The notes: generated by a model not told the origin, from the sequence alone. Positions 1-9,808 are shown, numbered from the stretch's first letter. The stretch is 64,000 nucleotides of DNA from Candidatus Ozemobacteraceae bacterium (GCA_965140445.1 OZ223236.1:2752001-2816000), one strand, 5' to 3'. Program-made: numbers and translations.

Positions 1-609
1 GGTAGCGGAGTGAGTGAAGAAACGTGGCTTAATGAAGGATTGTCCAAGTTTTCAGAAGAAGTTTGTGGTTATGGAATTCTTAATGGAGATCAGAATACTT
101 CTCTCTTGATTAAGCTTTCTCAGGAAAACTTTTCAAACATGTCGCTTACTGAATGGACCGGGTTAAATAGTTATGGATTATCGTATTTATTCGTTAAGTT
201 TTTGTCCCAGGAAAACAGGTATGGAACCTCTTATCGGGAAGTTACAAGAAGTCTGGTGAGGTCTGGTTTAACTGGTGTGGCAAATGTTGAGTCAGTAACA
301 GGAGAAGCTTTTGGCAATACTTTGTCAAGATGGGCTATCAGCTTGTATTTAAATAATTATCAGGGAACCTCACCTGATGATTTTGGTTTTTCAGGATTGG
401 ATATGAAAGGAACCTATAACTCTGTGACTTTACCGGGTTTCCCTTCTCAGGTAATAAGTTCTGGCGGAACTTTGACCTTATCTCCTCCTTTGAAAAAGCA
501 CGGAGTAGCAATCATAAGAAGTGCATCGGACGGTAGTAATCCTGTAAAAATGAATTTTTCTGGTCTAACGGGTAACGGAAAAATCTGGTTTCTTGATAAA
601 AGACCATAA
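1..609 (+). CDS. 5'-truncated putative metallopeptidase, C-terminal part (peptidase M30/gluzincin-like)
   Basis: Frame is open from base 1 (GSGVSEETWLNEGLS...). WLNEGLS resembles the third-Zn-ligand region downstream of HExxH, followed by an SYGLSYLFVKFL helix. The HExxH itself would lie outside the window. Confidence 0.55.
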   Translation, partial: GSGVSEETWLNEGLSKFSEEVCGYGILNGDQNTSLLIKLSQENFSNMSLTEWTGLNSYGLSYLFVKFLSQENRYGTSYREVTRSLVRSGLTGVANVESVTGEAFGNTLSRWAISLYLNNYQGTSPDDFGFSGLDMKGTYNSVTLPGFPSQVISSGGTLTLSPPLKKHGVAIIRSASDGSNPVKMNFSGLTGNGKIWFLDKRP

Positions 610-630
610 CTCCAATTTGTAAATTTAGTT

Positions 631-666
631 AAAAAAAAGCACCAGCAAATCGCTGGTGCTTTTTTG
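631..666. terminator. Bidirectional intrinsic terminator
   Basis: aaaaaaaagcaccagc-aaatc-gctggtgctttttt inverted repeat with A and T tails between convergent genes. Confidence 0.85.
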
Positions 667-675
667 TTTAAGGCT

Positions 676-819
676 TCAGATAAATATTAAAAATCCTGTA
701 ATTAAAAGGAACATCCAGGTAGAGATTAAAAAAACAAGATTCCAGTCGAATTCCTTTTCAACTTTTTCAACTATTCCAAAAATATTTTCATTTTCCACTA
801 TTGAATTTTTATTTTCCAT
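676..819 (-). CDS. Small (47 aa) single-pass membrane protein, not in ORF track
   Basis: MENKNSIVENENIFGIVEKVEKEFDWNLVFLISTWMFLLITGFLIFI*. The ATG overlaps the upstream stop (TAATG at 817-821), the C-terminus is hydrophobic, and the ORF ends just before the terminator. Confidence 0.65.
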   Translation of the reverse strand: MENKNSIVENENIFGIVEKVEKEFDWNLVFLISTWMFLLITGFLIFI

Positions 820-2393
820 TATTGAAATGTGGCTCCTTCCTCAAGTCTTGAGTTGCCAAAAGTCTGCATTTCGGAACGCAAAATTTGATTTTGTCTTTTT
901 ACGAGCTCTGGATTATCAGGAAACTCTCTTGCTACATAAGCAATAAGGGTATTTGCCTGAGTAATATTTCTTTGTTTTATGAGTTCATCAATAAGCTTAA
1001 GGTTCAGCTCAACAGTCTTTGGAAGGATCTGCAGGTCTCTTTTACTTGTTCCATCTGGTGCGGTCAATTCCAGACCACATTTTGGACAAAAGAAATCCCT
1101 ATCACGACAAACATGGTGGCAATCAGTGCAAACAAAATCTGATTTACTAACAATAACAAGTGCTTTTTGTATAACATGATCCCCACATATAAAGCCCTGG
1201 CTTTCTTCTTGAATAATCAAATTGTCTTCAAGAAAATCGCTCCTGAAAGATTTTATGGCTTTGTGTACTTTTGGATCAAAGAGATTTCCTACTGTTTTGA
1301 CCTTGCTGATTGCATTGTTCTTTTCGAGAATCTCAATTCCTTCTTTGGCCTTATTGAAAAGATCTTTATTTTCCGGGCTTTGCTTTAATCGGTTGACTGT
1401 TGATGAGAGTATGTCAAAAAGAAACACACATTCTTCTGGCCGGAATAATGTTGTTTCTGATTTTTGATCAACATCTCTTCCTCTCATCATTCTTCTTAGT
1501 GCAGCTTCAAGATCAACAATTCTTTGGTTCAGCTCAATTTTTTCCCGGCGTAATTTATCCATTTCTTCTGGACTAGCGGCCATCATAAGTTCATTTCTTT
1601 TGTTTTCTGATTCTTTTAAGCTATTTTCAAGATATGAAATTTTGGCTTCTGCTGCAGCCATATTGTTGTGATAAACTTCTACTGAAGGCGCCTTTGACAG
1701 AGCGTCCTTGAGATTGTCGATCTGTGCTCTAAGTTCTTGTACTTCATTTTCATTTGCTTGAATCTCTGATAATTGTTTTTGTAGAGATTCGATTTCTGAC
1801 TTATCAAGCTTTATTGCTTCCATCAAAGTATCTTTGGCTTTTGAAAGCTCAATTTCTTTGTTTTGCAAAGCCTGTCTAAGGCTGTTAACTTGATCTTGAC
1901 TAGATGTTAGCTTGTTTTCAAGAGCTTGAATTTCAGCACTAAGCTCATTTACTTTTTCATTATCAATTTCTACTCTAGCTTCTGGCACTGGCTGTGATAG
2001 AAGTTTTTGGCGCTCTTGTTGGAGATCACCTATTTCAGAAGAAAGACTATCCAGCTCATCATCTTTCTCATTTAAAAGCCTTTCGTATTCACTAACTTTA
2101 CCCTGAAAATCCTGGGACTTATTCATTTCAAGGAACAGAGATTCTTCTAATCTGGCGTTAGTTTGCTGTAATGATTTAAGTTCGGCTTCAAGCTTTGCAT
2201 ATTCGTTTGTAGACTTTGGATCGCTGAATGTCGCACTTTCAAGCTGAACTATAGACGTTCTTAAAGTAAATGAGATGCTTTGAATCTGTTTTTGAATCTC
2301 ATCTTTATTAACTTTTGCATTCATGGAGGGAATTTGCCCTTTTAGATAAACGAGCAAATTTCTTACAATCTCTTCAAATGATAAATTCTTCAC
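819..2393 (-). CDS. Long coiled-coil protein with GrpE-like C-terminal domain and Zn ribbon
   Basis: About 300 aa of heptad-rich E/L/K/Q sequence. VGNLFDPKVHKAI...IIQEESQGFICGDHVIQKALVIVSK resembles the GrpE beta domain, followed by CTDC...CPKCG. Confidence 0.65.
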   Translation of the reverse strand: MKNLSFEEIVRNLLVYLKGQIPSMNAKVNKDEIQKQIQSISFTLRTSIVQLESATFSDPKSTNEYAKLEAELKSLQQTNARLEESLFLEMNKSQDFQGKVSEYERLLNEKDDELDSLSSEIGDLQQERQKLLSQPVPEARVEIDNEKVNELSAEIQALENKLTSSQDQVNSLRQALQNKEIELSKAKDTLMEAIKLDKSEIESLQKQLSEIQANENEVQELRAQIDNLKDALSKAPSVEVYHNNMAAAEAKISYLENSLKESENKRNELMMAASPEEMDKLRREKIELNQRIVDLEAALRRMMRGRDVDQKSETTLFRPEECVFLFDILSSTVNRLKQSPENKDLFNKAKEGIEILEKNNAISKVKTVGNLFDPKVHKAIKSFRSDFLEDNLIIQEESQGFICGDHVIQKALVIVSKSDFVCTDCHHVCRDRDFFCPKCGLELTAPDGTSKRDLQILPKTVELNLKLIDELIKQRNITQANTLIAYVAREFPDNPELVKRQNQILRSEMQTFGNSRLEEGATFQ

Positions 2394-2466
2394 TTAAACC
2401 CTCTACTATACGGAAGTTGTTTGCCTGAAAAGGTTACTCTATCTGAGAAGACAATTCAAGCCTGAA

Positions 2467-3548
2467 TCAATTATCGGCTTTTTTAACCTTAAAAAGAAGT
2501 AAAGCAATAAAATATGAGATTAAACATGTTGCAGCAACAATAAGCAAATCATTGGTTATATCTACTTTTGACAAATCGAGGTAAAGAGATTTTTTTATTC
2601 CTGAAAAAATAAAAGTTGATGGAATAAAATGAGAAAATGACTTTATCAGTTCGCTTGAATGTCTGAGATTTGGAACCAGTTGAAAAAACATGAAAACAGT
2701 AGTTCCCATAGCGTTGACAGAGGCTTGTGTTTTCGCAAACATTGAGATAATCAAACCGGTAAAAATACACATAAATGATCCAAGAACAACAAAAAGCCAA
2801 AAATAAGGCATTGAGCCCTGCCATCTATGATTTAAAACTATAATGGCCAAAACGGTTAAAATTGAAATGGTAAAGGAAAAAAGTGATTTCCGAGAATTAA
2901 TTCTGTCGGTTTTATTCCTGTCAGGTATAGAGCGTTTAAAGTTCCTTTTTCTCTTTCTTCAACAAAAGTTAATGGAAGGGCGAGAAAGCCTAGCATTCCA
3001 AGGGCCATTAAAATCAGCATTGGAAACATCGAATCGCTGAAAGAAACTTCGCTTCCATTGTTTCCTGAAACCCTCTCAATTGAAACCTTTATTGGAAGGG
3101 GTGGGGGCAAAATCCCGAGCTGAGAGCGAATTTCAGATTCAAAAGCTTCTTTTAAGCTTTTAGCTGAGAATTCTGGGTACTTTGAGGGATACAAAATAGT
3201 TATCCCCTTAAAATCACTATTTCTTGAGCCAGAAGCAATTATATCCGGCAAAATAATTCCAAATCCGATGTCGCCCTCAAGGATTTTTGATTCAAGCTCT
3301 TTTTTTGTCTGGAAAAATTTAATTTTTTCCCCAAAACCTTTTTGAGCTATTGTTTTTATTAGAGGTTGCTGAGGGCTGCTTATAAGTCCTAAAGTTGGTA
3401 ATAGGGTTTTGCTCTTTGAACTGTTTAAAAGATTAGAAAATAAAAGCGAGAGAATTATTGGCGTAAGAATCATTAAAACAATGTGATAATTTTTACTTCC
3501 ATCGATAAGATCTTTTTTGAAAATTGCGAGAATAGGCTTTAGTCTCAT
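2467..3548 (-). pseudogene. ABC-2 type transporter permease split by a 1-nt frameshift (or sequencing error)
   Basis: ORF 2856-3548 has AIFKKDL...VEEREKGTLNAL and ORF 2467-2850 carries the C-terminal TM helices. Adding one A to GGAAATCA (2887-2889) gives continuous ...ELILGKSLFSFTISILTVLAIIVLNHRW... Confidence 0.8.
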
Positions 3549-4429
3549 TATTGAATTTCCCCATCCTCTTTCCAGGCTGCACCGGTCAAGTTTATGAAAA
3601 CTTCCTCTAATGTTGCTTCCTGAGAATGAATTTTTAAAATTCTTTTCTCTTTCATGAGTTGAGAAAGTTTGGACGCAGTAGTTTCTTCATTCATTGGAAG
3701 TTCAAGTGTTTCAGTCTTACTGGAATTATCAACACTGCACTCAATTAAAATGCTGTTTTTGCCATAACTTTTTTTAAGGTTTTCAGGAGTGTCCAGAGCG
3801 ATAATCTCACCTTTGTGCATAATGCAAATCCGGTCACAAAGACTGTTGGCTTCTTCCATGTAGTGAGTGGTAATTAAAACGGTCGTACCTTCATCGCGAA
3901 GTTTTTTTACAAGCTCTCTTATCAGGTGAGCAGATTGGGGGTCAAGAGCTGAAGTTGGCTCATCAAGAAAAAAAAGTTTAGGTTTATGGAGTATTCCCCT
4001 GGCTATGAGGGTTCGTTGCCTAAGTCCTCTTGAAAGAGCTTTGCAGGGTTTGCTCTGGTGGTCTTTTAAAACAACAAGTTCTAAAACTTCGTCTATTCTA
4101 CTCAGCGGAAGATCTTGAAGTTGGCAGAATAGCTCAAGATTTTGTCTGACTGTCAGCCTGTCATAAAGGTTTTGATAATCAGGGACTACACCAATGGTTT
4201 GTTTGATTTCCTGTCTGTCAGCTGGCATTTTCTTTGAAAAAATCTGTATGTCTCCACAATCTGGGCTTATTTCTCCGATCATCATGCGTATAGATGTTGT
4301 TTTTCCAGCACCGTTTGGACCGAGAAAACCGAAAATTTCCCCAGAGTTAATTTCAAAAGAAAGTCCCTTGACTACTTCTATTTTTCCATAAGTTTTTCTT
4401 AAATTTGAAACATTTAAAGCTATTGCCAT
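3548..4429 (-). CDS. ABC transporter ATP-binding protein (DrrA/CcmA-like exporter)
   Basis: Walker A GPNGAGKTT, signature LSRGLRQR, Walker B LFFLDEPT, H-loop TTHYMEEA. Confidence 0.95.
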   Translation of the reverse strand: MAIALNVSNLRKTYGKIEVVKGLSFEINSGEIFGFLGPNGAGKTTSIRMMIGEISPDCGDIQIFSKKMPADRQEIKQTIGVVPDYQNLYDRLTVRQNLELFCQLQDLPLSRIDEVLELVVLKDHQSKPCKALSRGLRQRTLIARGILHKPKLFFLDEPTSALDPQSAHLIRELVKKLRDEGTTVLITTHYMEEANSLCDRICIMHKGEIIALDTPENLKKSYGKNSILIECSVDNSSKTETLELPMNEETTASKLSQLMKEKRILKIHSQEATLEEVFINLTGAAWKEDGEIQ

Positions 4430-4435
4430 GTAAAC

Positions 4436-4464
4436 AGACTAACCAATTTATGAGAGGCTTTCAA
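4436..4464 (-). promoter_or_regulatory. Putative sigma70 promoter of the ABC operon, probably leaderless
   Basis: TTGAAA-17 nt-TAGTCT, then 6 nt to the ATG at 4429, with no SD. Confidence 0.45.
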
Positions 4465-4527
4465 GCAATATGTTCAAGATTGACAGTTGAGGTTGGTTGT
4501 GGTTGAATAAACGAAGGAAGAGAGGCT

Positions 4528-6609
4528 ATGACAAAAATTAAAGAAAAAGCTAAGACATTCGTTTTTACAAGCTTTCAAGGCGGCATAGGTAAAAGTTTTG
4601 CTGCAAATAGCTTTGCTAAATCCCTGCAGAAAAAAACTGGCAACCCTGTTGCAATTATAGAATTGAATATGCTTGTTCCATCCTCTATTTGTGAAGCTTT
4701 AGGCGACAAAGTTAAAATTGAGCACAGTCTGCTTGATTATTATATGGGCAACTGGGCTGCATTAAAGCCTGAAGATCTTGACACCTTCTTTTACAACAAA
4801 GAAGGGATTTTTTATATTCCTTTTTGTGGAAACCGAGAAAAAGAGACTTTACAAACCAAATTTAGTTTGAACGAAAGTGAGCTTTCTTCTGCTGTTTCCT
4901 GGCTGATAAAAGTCTTTTGCGAAAAGGGCGGAAACCTGGTGTTTGACATTCCTATGCGCTTGTCACCTCTACCACTGTTTCTTTTACATATTTGTGATGT
5001 TATTTACTATATGTATACTTCGCAGCCACCTTCACCATCATTTGCCCACAAATTCGAAGATGAATTGAAAAGCAGGAAAAAACTTTTAAACAAAGTTGTT
5101 TGGCTAAGGAATCATGTTGATCCAGACCATGGAACAGAAGAAAGCAGCCTCTTTGATCAGGAATTTGCCATCCCATTAGGGGTTGAATTTACTGGTCCAA
5201 ATGGCTCTGATGAATTAAAAAAGGTTTTTGACGACATTGTTTTAGGCGCAATTGAAATGCCAGCAGCTGGCTGCTCTGAAGAAGAAATTGAAGATCATTA
5301 TCAAAGTGCACCTCAAGAGATAATTGACTATCAAAAAGAGCTTAGAACAGAAGTATTAAGTGAGTTAGATAAGAATTTTGGAATATCTGACCATGAATTA
5401 AGAAAAAATGTTGAAGTTAAAATTGATGAAGCATTTAAAAGAAATCCGCCTGATGATGTTCCAGGGCACAATTCCAAAGCGGAAATAAAAAAATATCTTC
5501 TTGATGAAATTCTGGGATTGGGTCCCTTAGAAGAATTTATGAGGGATGATGAAATAGATGAAATCATGGTCAATGGACCTGATAAAGTGTTTATCGAAAA
5601 AGATGGAAAACTAATTTTAACAGAAAAAAAATTCAATAATGCAGATCACGTAAGAACTGTTATAGAAAGAATTTTGATGCCAGTAGGGCGATCTGTTAAT
5701 GAAAGAACACCATACGTTGATGCCAGACTGTTGGATGGGTCGCGTGTGCATGCTATTATTCCTCCACTTTCTTTAACTGGCCCAATGATAACCATAAGGA
5801 GATTCTCAAAAACTCCTTATTCTATGGATGATCTGGTCTACAGGTTTAAGACTATTTCTCCACAGTTGGCTGAGTTTTTAAAACTTTGTGTTCACTTTAA
5901 AAAGAACATTATTGTTTCTGGGGGAGCCAGTTCAGGTAAAACTACTCTTTTGAATGTGCTTTCAAACTACATATTGCCCACAGAAAGAGTAATCTGTATC
6001 GAGGATTCAGCAGAGTTAAGACTTAATCAGGTTAACCTCGGAAGGCTTGAAGCAAGGCAAAGAGGAACTGAGGCCAAAACCCAGGTTTCAATTCGCGATC
6101 TGCTTAAAAATGCATTAAGAATGAGACCGGACAGAATTATAGTTGGGGAATGTCGTGGTGCTGAAGCTCTTGATATGCTTCAAGCTATGAATACCGGTCA
6201 TGATGGTTCTTTAACTACTCTACATGCAAATAGCCCAAGAGATGCATTGGCAAGATTAGAAACTATGGTTTTGATGGCTGGGGTTGATCTGCCTTTAAGG
6301 GCTATTCGTGAGCAGATTGCAAGTTCTGTCAATATTGTTGTTCAAAATAGTCGCCTTGCAGATGGAAATAGAAAATTGCTGGAAGTGGTCGAAGTTGTCG
6401 GGATCGAAAACACCGTTATTCAGGCTCAGACCATTTTTAAATTTGAAAAGAAATGGATTGGCTCAGATGGAAAAGTCGTTGGGGAAATCGTTCCGACTGG
6501 CTATGTTCCTGAATTCATGAAGGCTATTCCAGGAAGCTTCCTGGAAAAGCATGCTCATTTATTTAAGTTACCAAAAAAGAAAGATAAGCATGAGGAGGAA
6601 GTTTTATGA
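4528..6609 (+). CDS. cpaF: CpaE/MinD-like domain fused to Tad pilus assembly ATPase CpaF/TadA
   Basis: N-terminal SFQGGIGKS deviant P-loop and VAIIELN. C-terminal GLGPLE...DEIMVNG, DARLLDGSRV, Walker A GGASSGKTT, ALRMRPDRIIVGECRG, AMNTGHDGSLTTLHAN. Confidence 0.9.
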   Translation: MTKIKEKAKTFVFTSFQGGIGKSFAANSFAKSLQKKTGNPVAIIELNMLVPSSICEALGDKVKIEHSLLDYYMGNWAALKPEDLDTFFYNKEGIFYIPFCGNREKETLQTKFSLNESELSSAVSWLIKVFCEKGGNLVFDIPMRLSPLPLFLLHICDVIYYMYTSQPPSPSFAHKFEDELKSRKKLLNKVVWLRNHVDPDHGTEESSLFDQEFAIPLGVEFTGPNGSDELKKVFDDIVLGAIEMPAAGCSEEEIEDHYQSAPQEIIDYQKELRTEVLSELDKNFGISDHELRKNVEVKIDEAFKRNPPDDVPGHNSKAEIKKYLLDEILGLGPLEEFMRDDEIDEIMVNGPDKVFIEKDGKLILTEKKFNNADHVRTVIERILMPVGRSVNERTPYVDARLLDGSRVHAIIPPLSLTGPMITIRRFSKTPYSMDDLVYRFKTISPQLAEFLKLCVHFKKNIIVSGGASSGKTTLLNVLSNYILPTERVICIEDSAELRLNQVNLGRLEARQRGTEAKTQVSIRDLLKNALRMRPDRIIVGECRGAEALDMLQAMNTGHDGSLTTLHANSPRDALARLETMVLMAGVDLPLRAIREQIASSVNIVVQNSRLADGNRKLLEVVEVVGIENTVIQAQTIFKFEKKWIGSDGKVVGEIVPTGYVPEFMKAIPGSFLEKHAHLFKLPKKKDKHEEEVL

Positions 6610-8276
6610 CCTTTATCCCTGCCATAAAAATTATTGCAATTCTTGGCGTAATTATTGGGATTTATTTTTTCCTGGAAGAGCAGATGGACTTGAGTCTGGA
6701 TCTTCGGAAAGCTGGAAAGGATAAAGACGAATCCTCTAAATCTCGTTATTTACAGAGCGTAACAGGAGCTACTTTAGAAGATCAGCTTATAGAAGTTCTT
6801 CTAATGGTCAGTTCAAGTTTAAAAGCCGGAAGAAACCTTGATCAGGCTTTTGAGCTCGTTGCTGTTTCCACACCTCCTCCAATCTGCAACGAGTTTAGAA
6901 CACTGGTTCAGGAACGACGACTTGGTGTGCCAATGGTTGAAGCTCTTGGTAATCTTGCCATGCGTGTTCCCAGCCCTGATTTAAAACTGGCTGTCAATGC
7001 CACTATTTTTCAGCAGGAAACAGGCGGAAATCTAGAAGATCTTTACAGACAGATTGTTTTGACTGTTAGCGAAAGAAAAAAGATTATGGGAAAAGTTATA
7101 GCAGGAACTGCTCATGCTAGACTTTCTGGAAACCTTGTTGGCTCCATTCCTCTTGTTCTTGCTGCAGTTATTTCAACTTTTCATCCAAAATATCTACTTC
7201 CAATGCTTCAAAATCCTTATGGTCAGGTTGTTATAATTCTTTCATTGTCCGCGGCCATATTTGGTTTGATTTTCATTAATAGAATGACTTCTTCGATTCT
7301 TCCTGATGCTGAAGAAGCAATGATTACCACTAACGAAGCCAGAGCCCGAGGCCAAAAAAGATGGAAATTGATTCGACCATTACTGAATGTATTTGCAGGA
7401 ATTAATAAAAGTATACCTGGTGACTGGTTTAAGAAAGTTAGAATGGAAGTAAAGTTTCTGCTAGAGGCTGCTAATAAAGCAGGAGAATTTACTGCTGATG
7501 AATATCTTGGATTCATGGAAATTTCGGCAATTATTTTCCTTTGTCTCGTATTCATATTCTTAAATCCGATTCAACTTGGCTTGCTTGGCTGGGTTGTTCT
7601 GGTTCTAATGATTCCAATTGGATTTAGACTTCCCAGGATTTATCTTGCTCATTTAATTAGAAAAAGACAGAAAAATATTGAATTTGAACTTCCTTATATA
7701 ATTGATCTGCTTTCTCTTGCTATTGAGTCTGGGCTTGATCTTATCGGTGGTATTCAAAAGGTAGTTGAGAAATCAAGAAATACTGATATCATCGTCGAGT
7801 TTAAAATGTTCCTTTCAGATGTGAAAGTCGGGAAAAGTCTTGAGGAATCGCTTGCTGATATGGCAGAAAGAGTTCGTGTTTTGTCTTTTTTCTCCTTTGT
7901 GAGCTCTCTGATACAAGCACAAAGACTTGGCGCTGAAATAGGGCCAACTTTAAGGGCTCAAGCTGAACAAATGAGATATCAGAGAATGATTTTTGCAGAA
8001 GAGCGGGTAAATAAACTTCCTGTAAAACTTCTAATTCCTCTCGTATTCTTTATTTTCCCGAGTATTTCTGTTTTGTTGATTGGCCCTGCGGTTCTTCAGG
8101 TTCAACAAAAATTCCCAACAATTGGTGGACAGGTTTCGGCAAGTCCAGTATCTACAACCACCACAGGATTAAATAAAAAAGTTGAAGTTAATCTTGAAGA
8201 GGGATTTCTTGGCAGCAAATTAAAGGGAAATGAAAAGTCAATTAAGCTTAAAAAGAACTTTGATTCAGCAAATTAA
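6606..8276 (+). CDS. TadB::TadC fusion (two T2SSF domains)
   Basis: First domain SSSLKAGRNL...QETGGNL...ARLSG (TadB-like). Second domain ELPYIIDLL...ESG...QAQRLGAEIGPTLRAQAEQMR...AEE...PVKLLIPLVFFIFP (TadC-like). 4-nt overlap with cpaF. Confidence 0.85.
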   Translation: MTFIPAIKIIAILGVIIGIYFFLEEQMDLSLDLRKAGKDKDESSKSRYLQSVTGATLEDQLIEVLLMVSSSLKAGRNLDQAFELVAVSTPPPICNEFRTLVQERRLGVPMVEALGNLAMRVPSPDLKLAVNATIFQQETGGNLEDLYRQIVLTVSERKKIMGKVIAGTAHARLSGNLVGSIPLVLAAVISTFHPKYLLPMLQNPYGQVVIILSLSAAIFGLIFINRMTSSILPDAEEAMITTNEARARGQKRWKLIRPLLNVFAGINKSIPGDWFKKVRMEVKFLLEAANKAGEFTADEYLGFMEISAIIFLCLVFIFLNPIQLGLLGWVVLVLMIPIGFRLPRIYLAHLIRKRQKNIEFELPYIIDLLSLAIESGLDLIGGIQKVVEKSRNTDIIVEFKMFLSDVKVGKSLEESLADMAERVRVLSFFSFVSSLIQAQRLGAEIGPTLRAQAEQMRYQRMIFAEERVNKLPVKLLIPLVFFIFPSISVLLIGPAVLQVQQKFPTIGGQVSASPVSTTTTGLNKKVEVNLEEGFLGSKLKGNEKSIKLKKNFDSAN

Positions 8277-8292
8277 TTGACTTGGGAACGAA

Positions 8293-8799
8293 ATGGTAAA
8301 AAAAATTCTAATTAGCGGTTGTTTAATTGGTTTAAAATGTAATTATAAAGGCGAAGCCTCTTCTGGTAACCAGGAGAGGCTTTTTTCCATTATAAAAAAA
8401 TACGAAGAAAATGGCTATGAGTTCATTCCAGCGTGCCCAGAACAATTAGGGGGGATGCCCACCCCGAGAATCCCTTCAGAGCTGATTTCCACTGCTTCAG
8501 AAATACTATGTGGAAAAGGTAAGGTTATCAGCAAAAATGGGGATGATGTTACTGGATGTTTTGTCAAAGGAGCCAAAGAGGCTTTGTTTTTGGCAAAAAG
8601 ATACAATGTTGTTGGGTGTGTTCTGAAAAGTCGTAGTCCCTCATGTGGAAATAGTAAAATATACGATGGTACATTTAGTGGGGCTTTGATTTCTGGGCGC
8701 GGAGTGACTTCACAGTTGCTTGTAGATTCTGGTTTGATTGTTTTAAACGAGTTGGAGTTTGTTAAAGACGAAAATTGTACGCTTTGTCCTTCCCTTTAA
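8293..8799 (+). CDS. DUF523 / 2-thiouracil desulfurase family protein
   Basis: ILISGCLIG.KCNYKG, CPEQLGGMPTPR and LKSRSPSCG motifs. Confidence 0.88.
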   Translation: MVKKILISGCLIGLKCNYKGEASSGNQERLFSIIKKYEENGYEFIPACPEQLGGMPTPRIPSELISTASEILCGKGKVISKNGDDVTGCFVKGAKEALFLAKRYNVVGCVLKSRSPSCGNSKIYDGTFSGALISGRGVTSQLLVDSGLIVLNELEFVKDENCTLCPSL

Positions 8800-9009
8800 A
8801 AGGCTGAAGCTTTTCTTTTTTGATTTTTTATTTGTACATTTTTGTCTGTGTTTCCGTGTTATTCAGAATACTTTTTATTTATCTTAAAAAAAAGTGCTGC
8901 AACCTCACTCTTAGTAAGGCTTGACAATGTACACTAAAATTATTTTTCGCGGCAAACGTACGCTCTGAGTGAAATCCTCTGTGTACGCCCTTTTAGAGCT
9001 AAAAAAGCG

Positions 9010-9039
9010 TTGACCTCAAGGTTTTGTCTTTGTTATTAT
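9010..9039 (+). promoter_or_regulatory. Putative sigma70 promoter with extended -10
   Basis: TTGACC-18 nt-TATTAT with TG at 9031-9032, upstream of ORF 9103. Confidence 0.5.
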
Positions 9040-9102
9040 CGGCACGTCGAAAGAAAAATTAAATAAACTTTACAATTCTTAAGCGTCTGGGGAAAGATAG
9101 AG

Positions 9103-9672
9103 ATGGGAGCACTTAGCACGTTCAAAGTCATGAAGTCAGAAGATTTTGGGGGAGACACCATAACTTTCAGAACTTCTAGAGTCTGTTCAGTTCTTGGTTT
9201 TTTGTTTTTGGTTGCAGGGCTTGGTATTATTCTGCAACTTTGGTCAGGTAAACACCTTTTAACCATGCCATGGTTTTGTGTGATTTGTTTTGTGGTTTCA
9301 CTCGGTTTTATAATGGCTGGACTGATTCTGGTCAGTTATCGTAAATACGTAACATTATCTAAGACAGCCCAGAAAATTGAATTAACAGAGTCCAGTATTC
9401 TTGGAGTTCGAGCTACTGCTTTCCATTTTAACGAAATTACTAATTTTGAATTAACGAAAGATTGCGAATGTCTATTTTCAACACATGCCAATTTATGGGT
9501 AATTAAGGCATATGTAGAGCATGGAAAATCAATTAGTGTCGAAAAGCTTTTTGCTTCGATTTCTCCGGTTGAAGCAAAAAAGGCTGCTGAAACTCTTTCA
9601 TTTTGCGTTGGCAGAGAACTTGTAATAAGTTGTAAGCCAAATGAAAGGTTAATTTTTAGCCATATTAATTAA
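9103..9672 (+). CDS. Hypothetical membrane protein (2 TM plus soluble domain)
   Basis: 189-aa ORF with two hydrophobic segments, followed by a terminator. Confidence 0.7.
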   Translation: MGALSTFKVMKSEDFGGDTITFRTSRVCSVLGFLFLVAGLGIILQLWSGKHLLTMPWFCVICFVVSLGFIMAGLILVSYRKYVTLSKTAQKIELTESSILGVRATAFHFNEITNFELTKDCECLFSTHANLWVIKAYVEHGKSISVEKLFASISPVEAKKAAETLSFCVGRELVISCKPNERLIFSHIN

Positions 9673-9720
9673 AATAATTTACTCTCTCTCGTAAAAATCT
9701 CAGAAAATACCCTACAATTT

Positions 9721-9763
9721 AAAAGCTGACTAAAGACTTGCGCCTTTAGTCAGCTATTTTTTT
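9721..9763. terminator. Intrinsic terminator between convergent genes
   Basis: agctgactaaag-acttgcgc-ctttagtcagct followed by a T-run. Confidence 0.8.
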
Positions 9764-9808
9764 ATTGGAGCGAATTTAGTAAAAAATCAAATCCTGATAG
9801 ATTAAATC

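Noticed and set aside
656..946. 96-aa plus-strand ORF
   Set aside because: Starts inside the terminator and is antisense to two better-supported ORFs
8950..8995. c-di-GMP-I riboswitch (GGCAAAC...GAAA)
   Set aside because: Lacks the GACGCAAAG junction and second stem of that family
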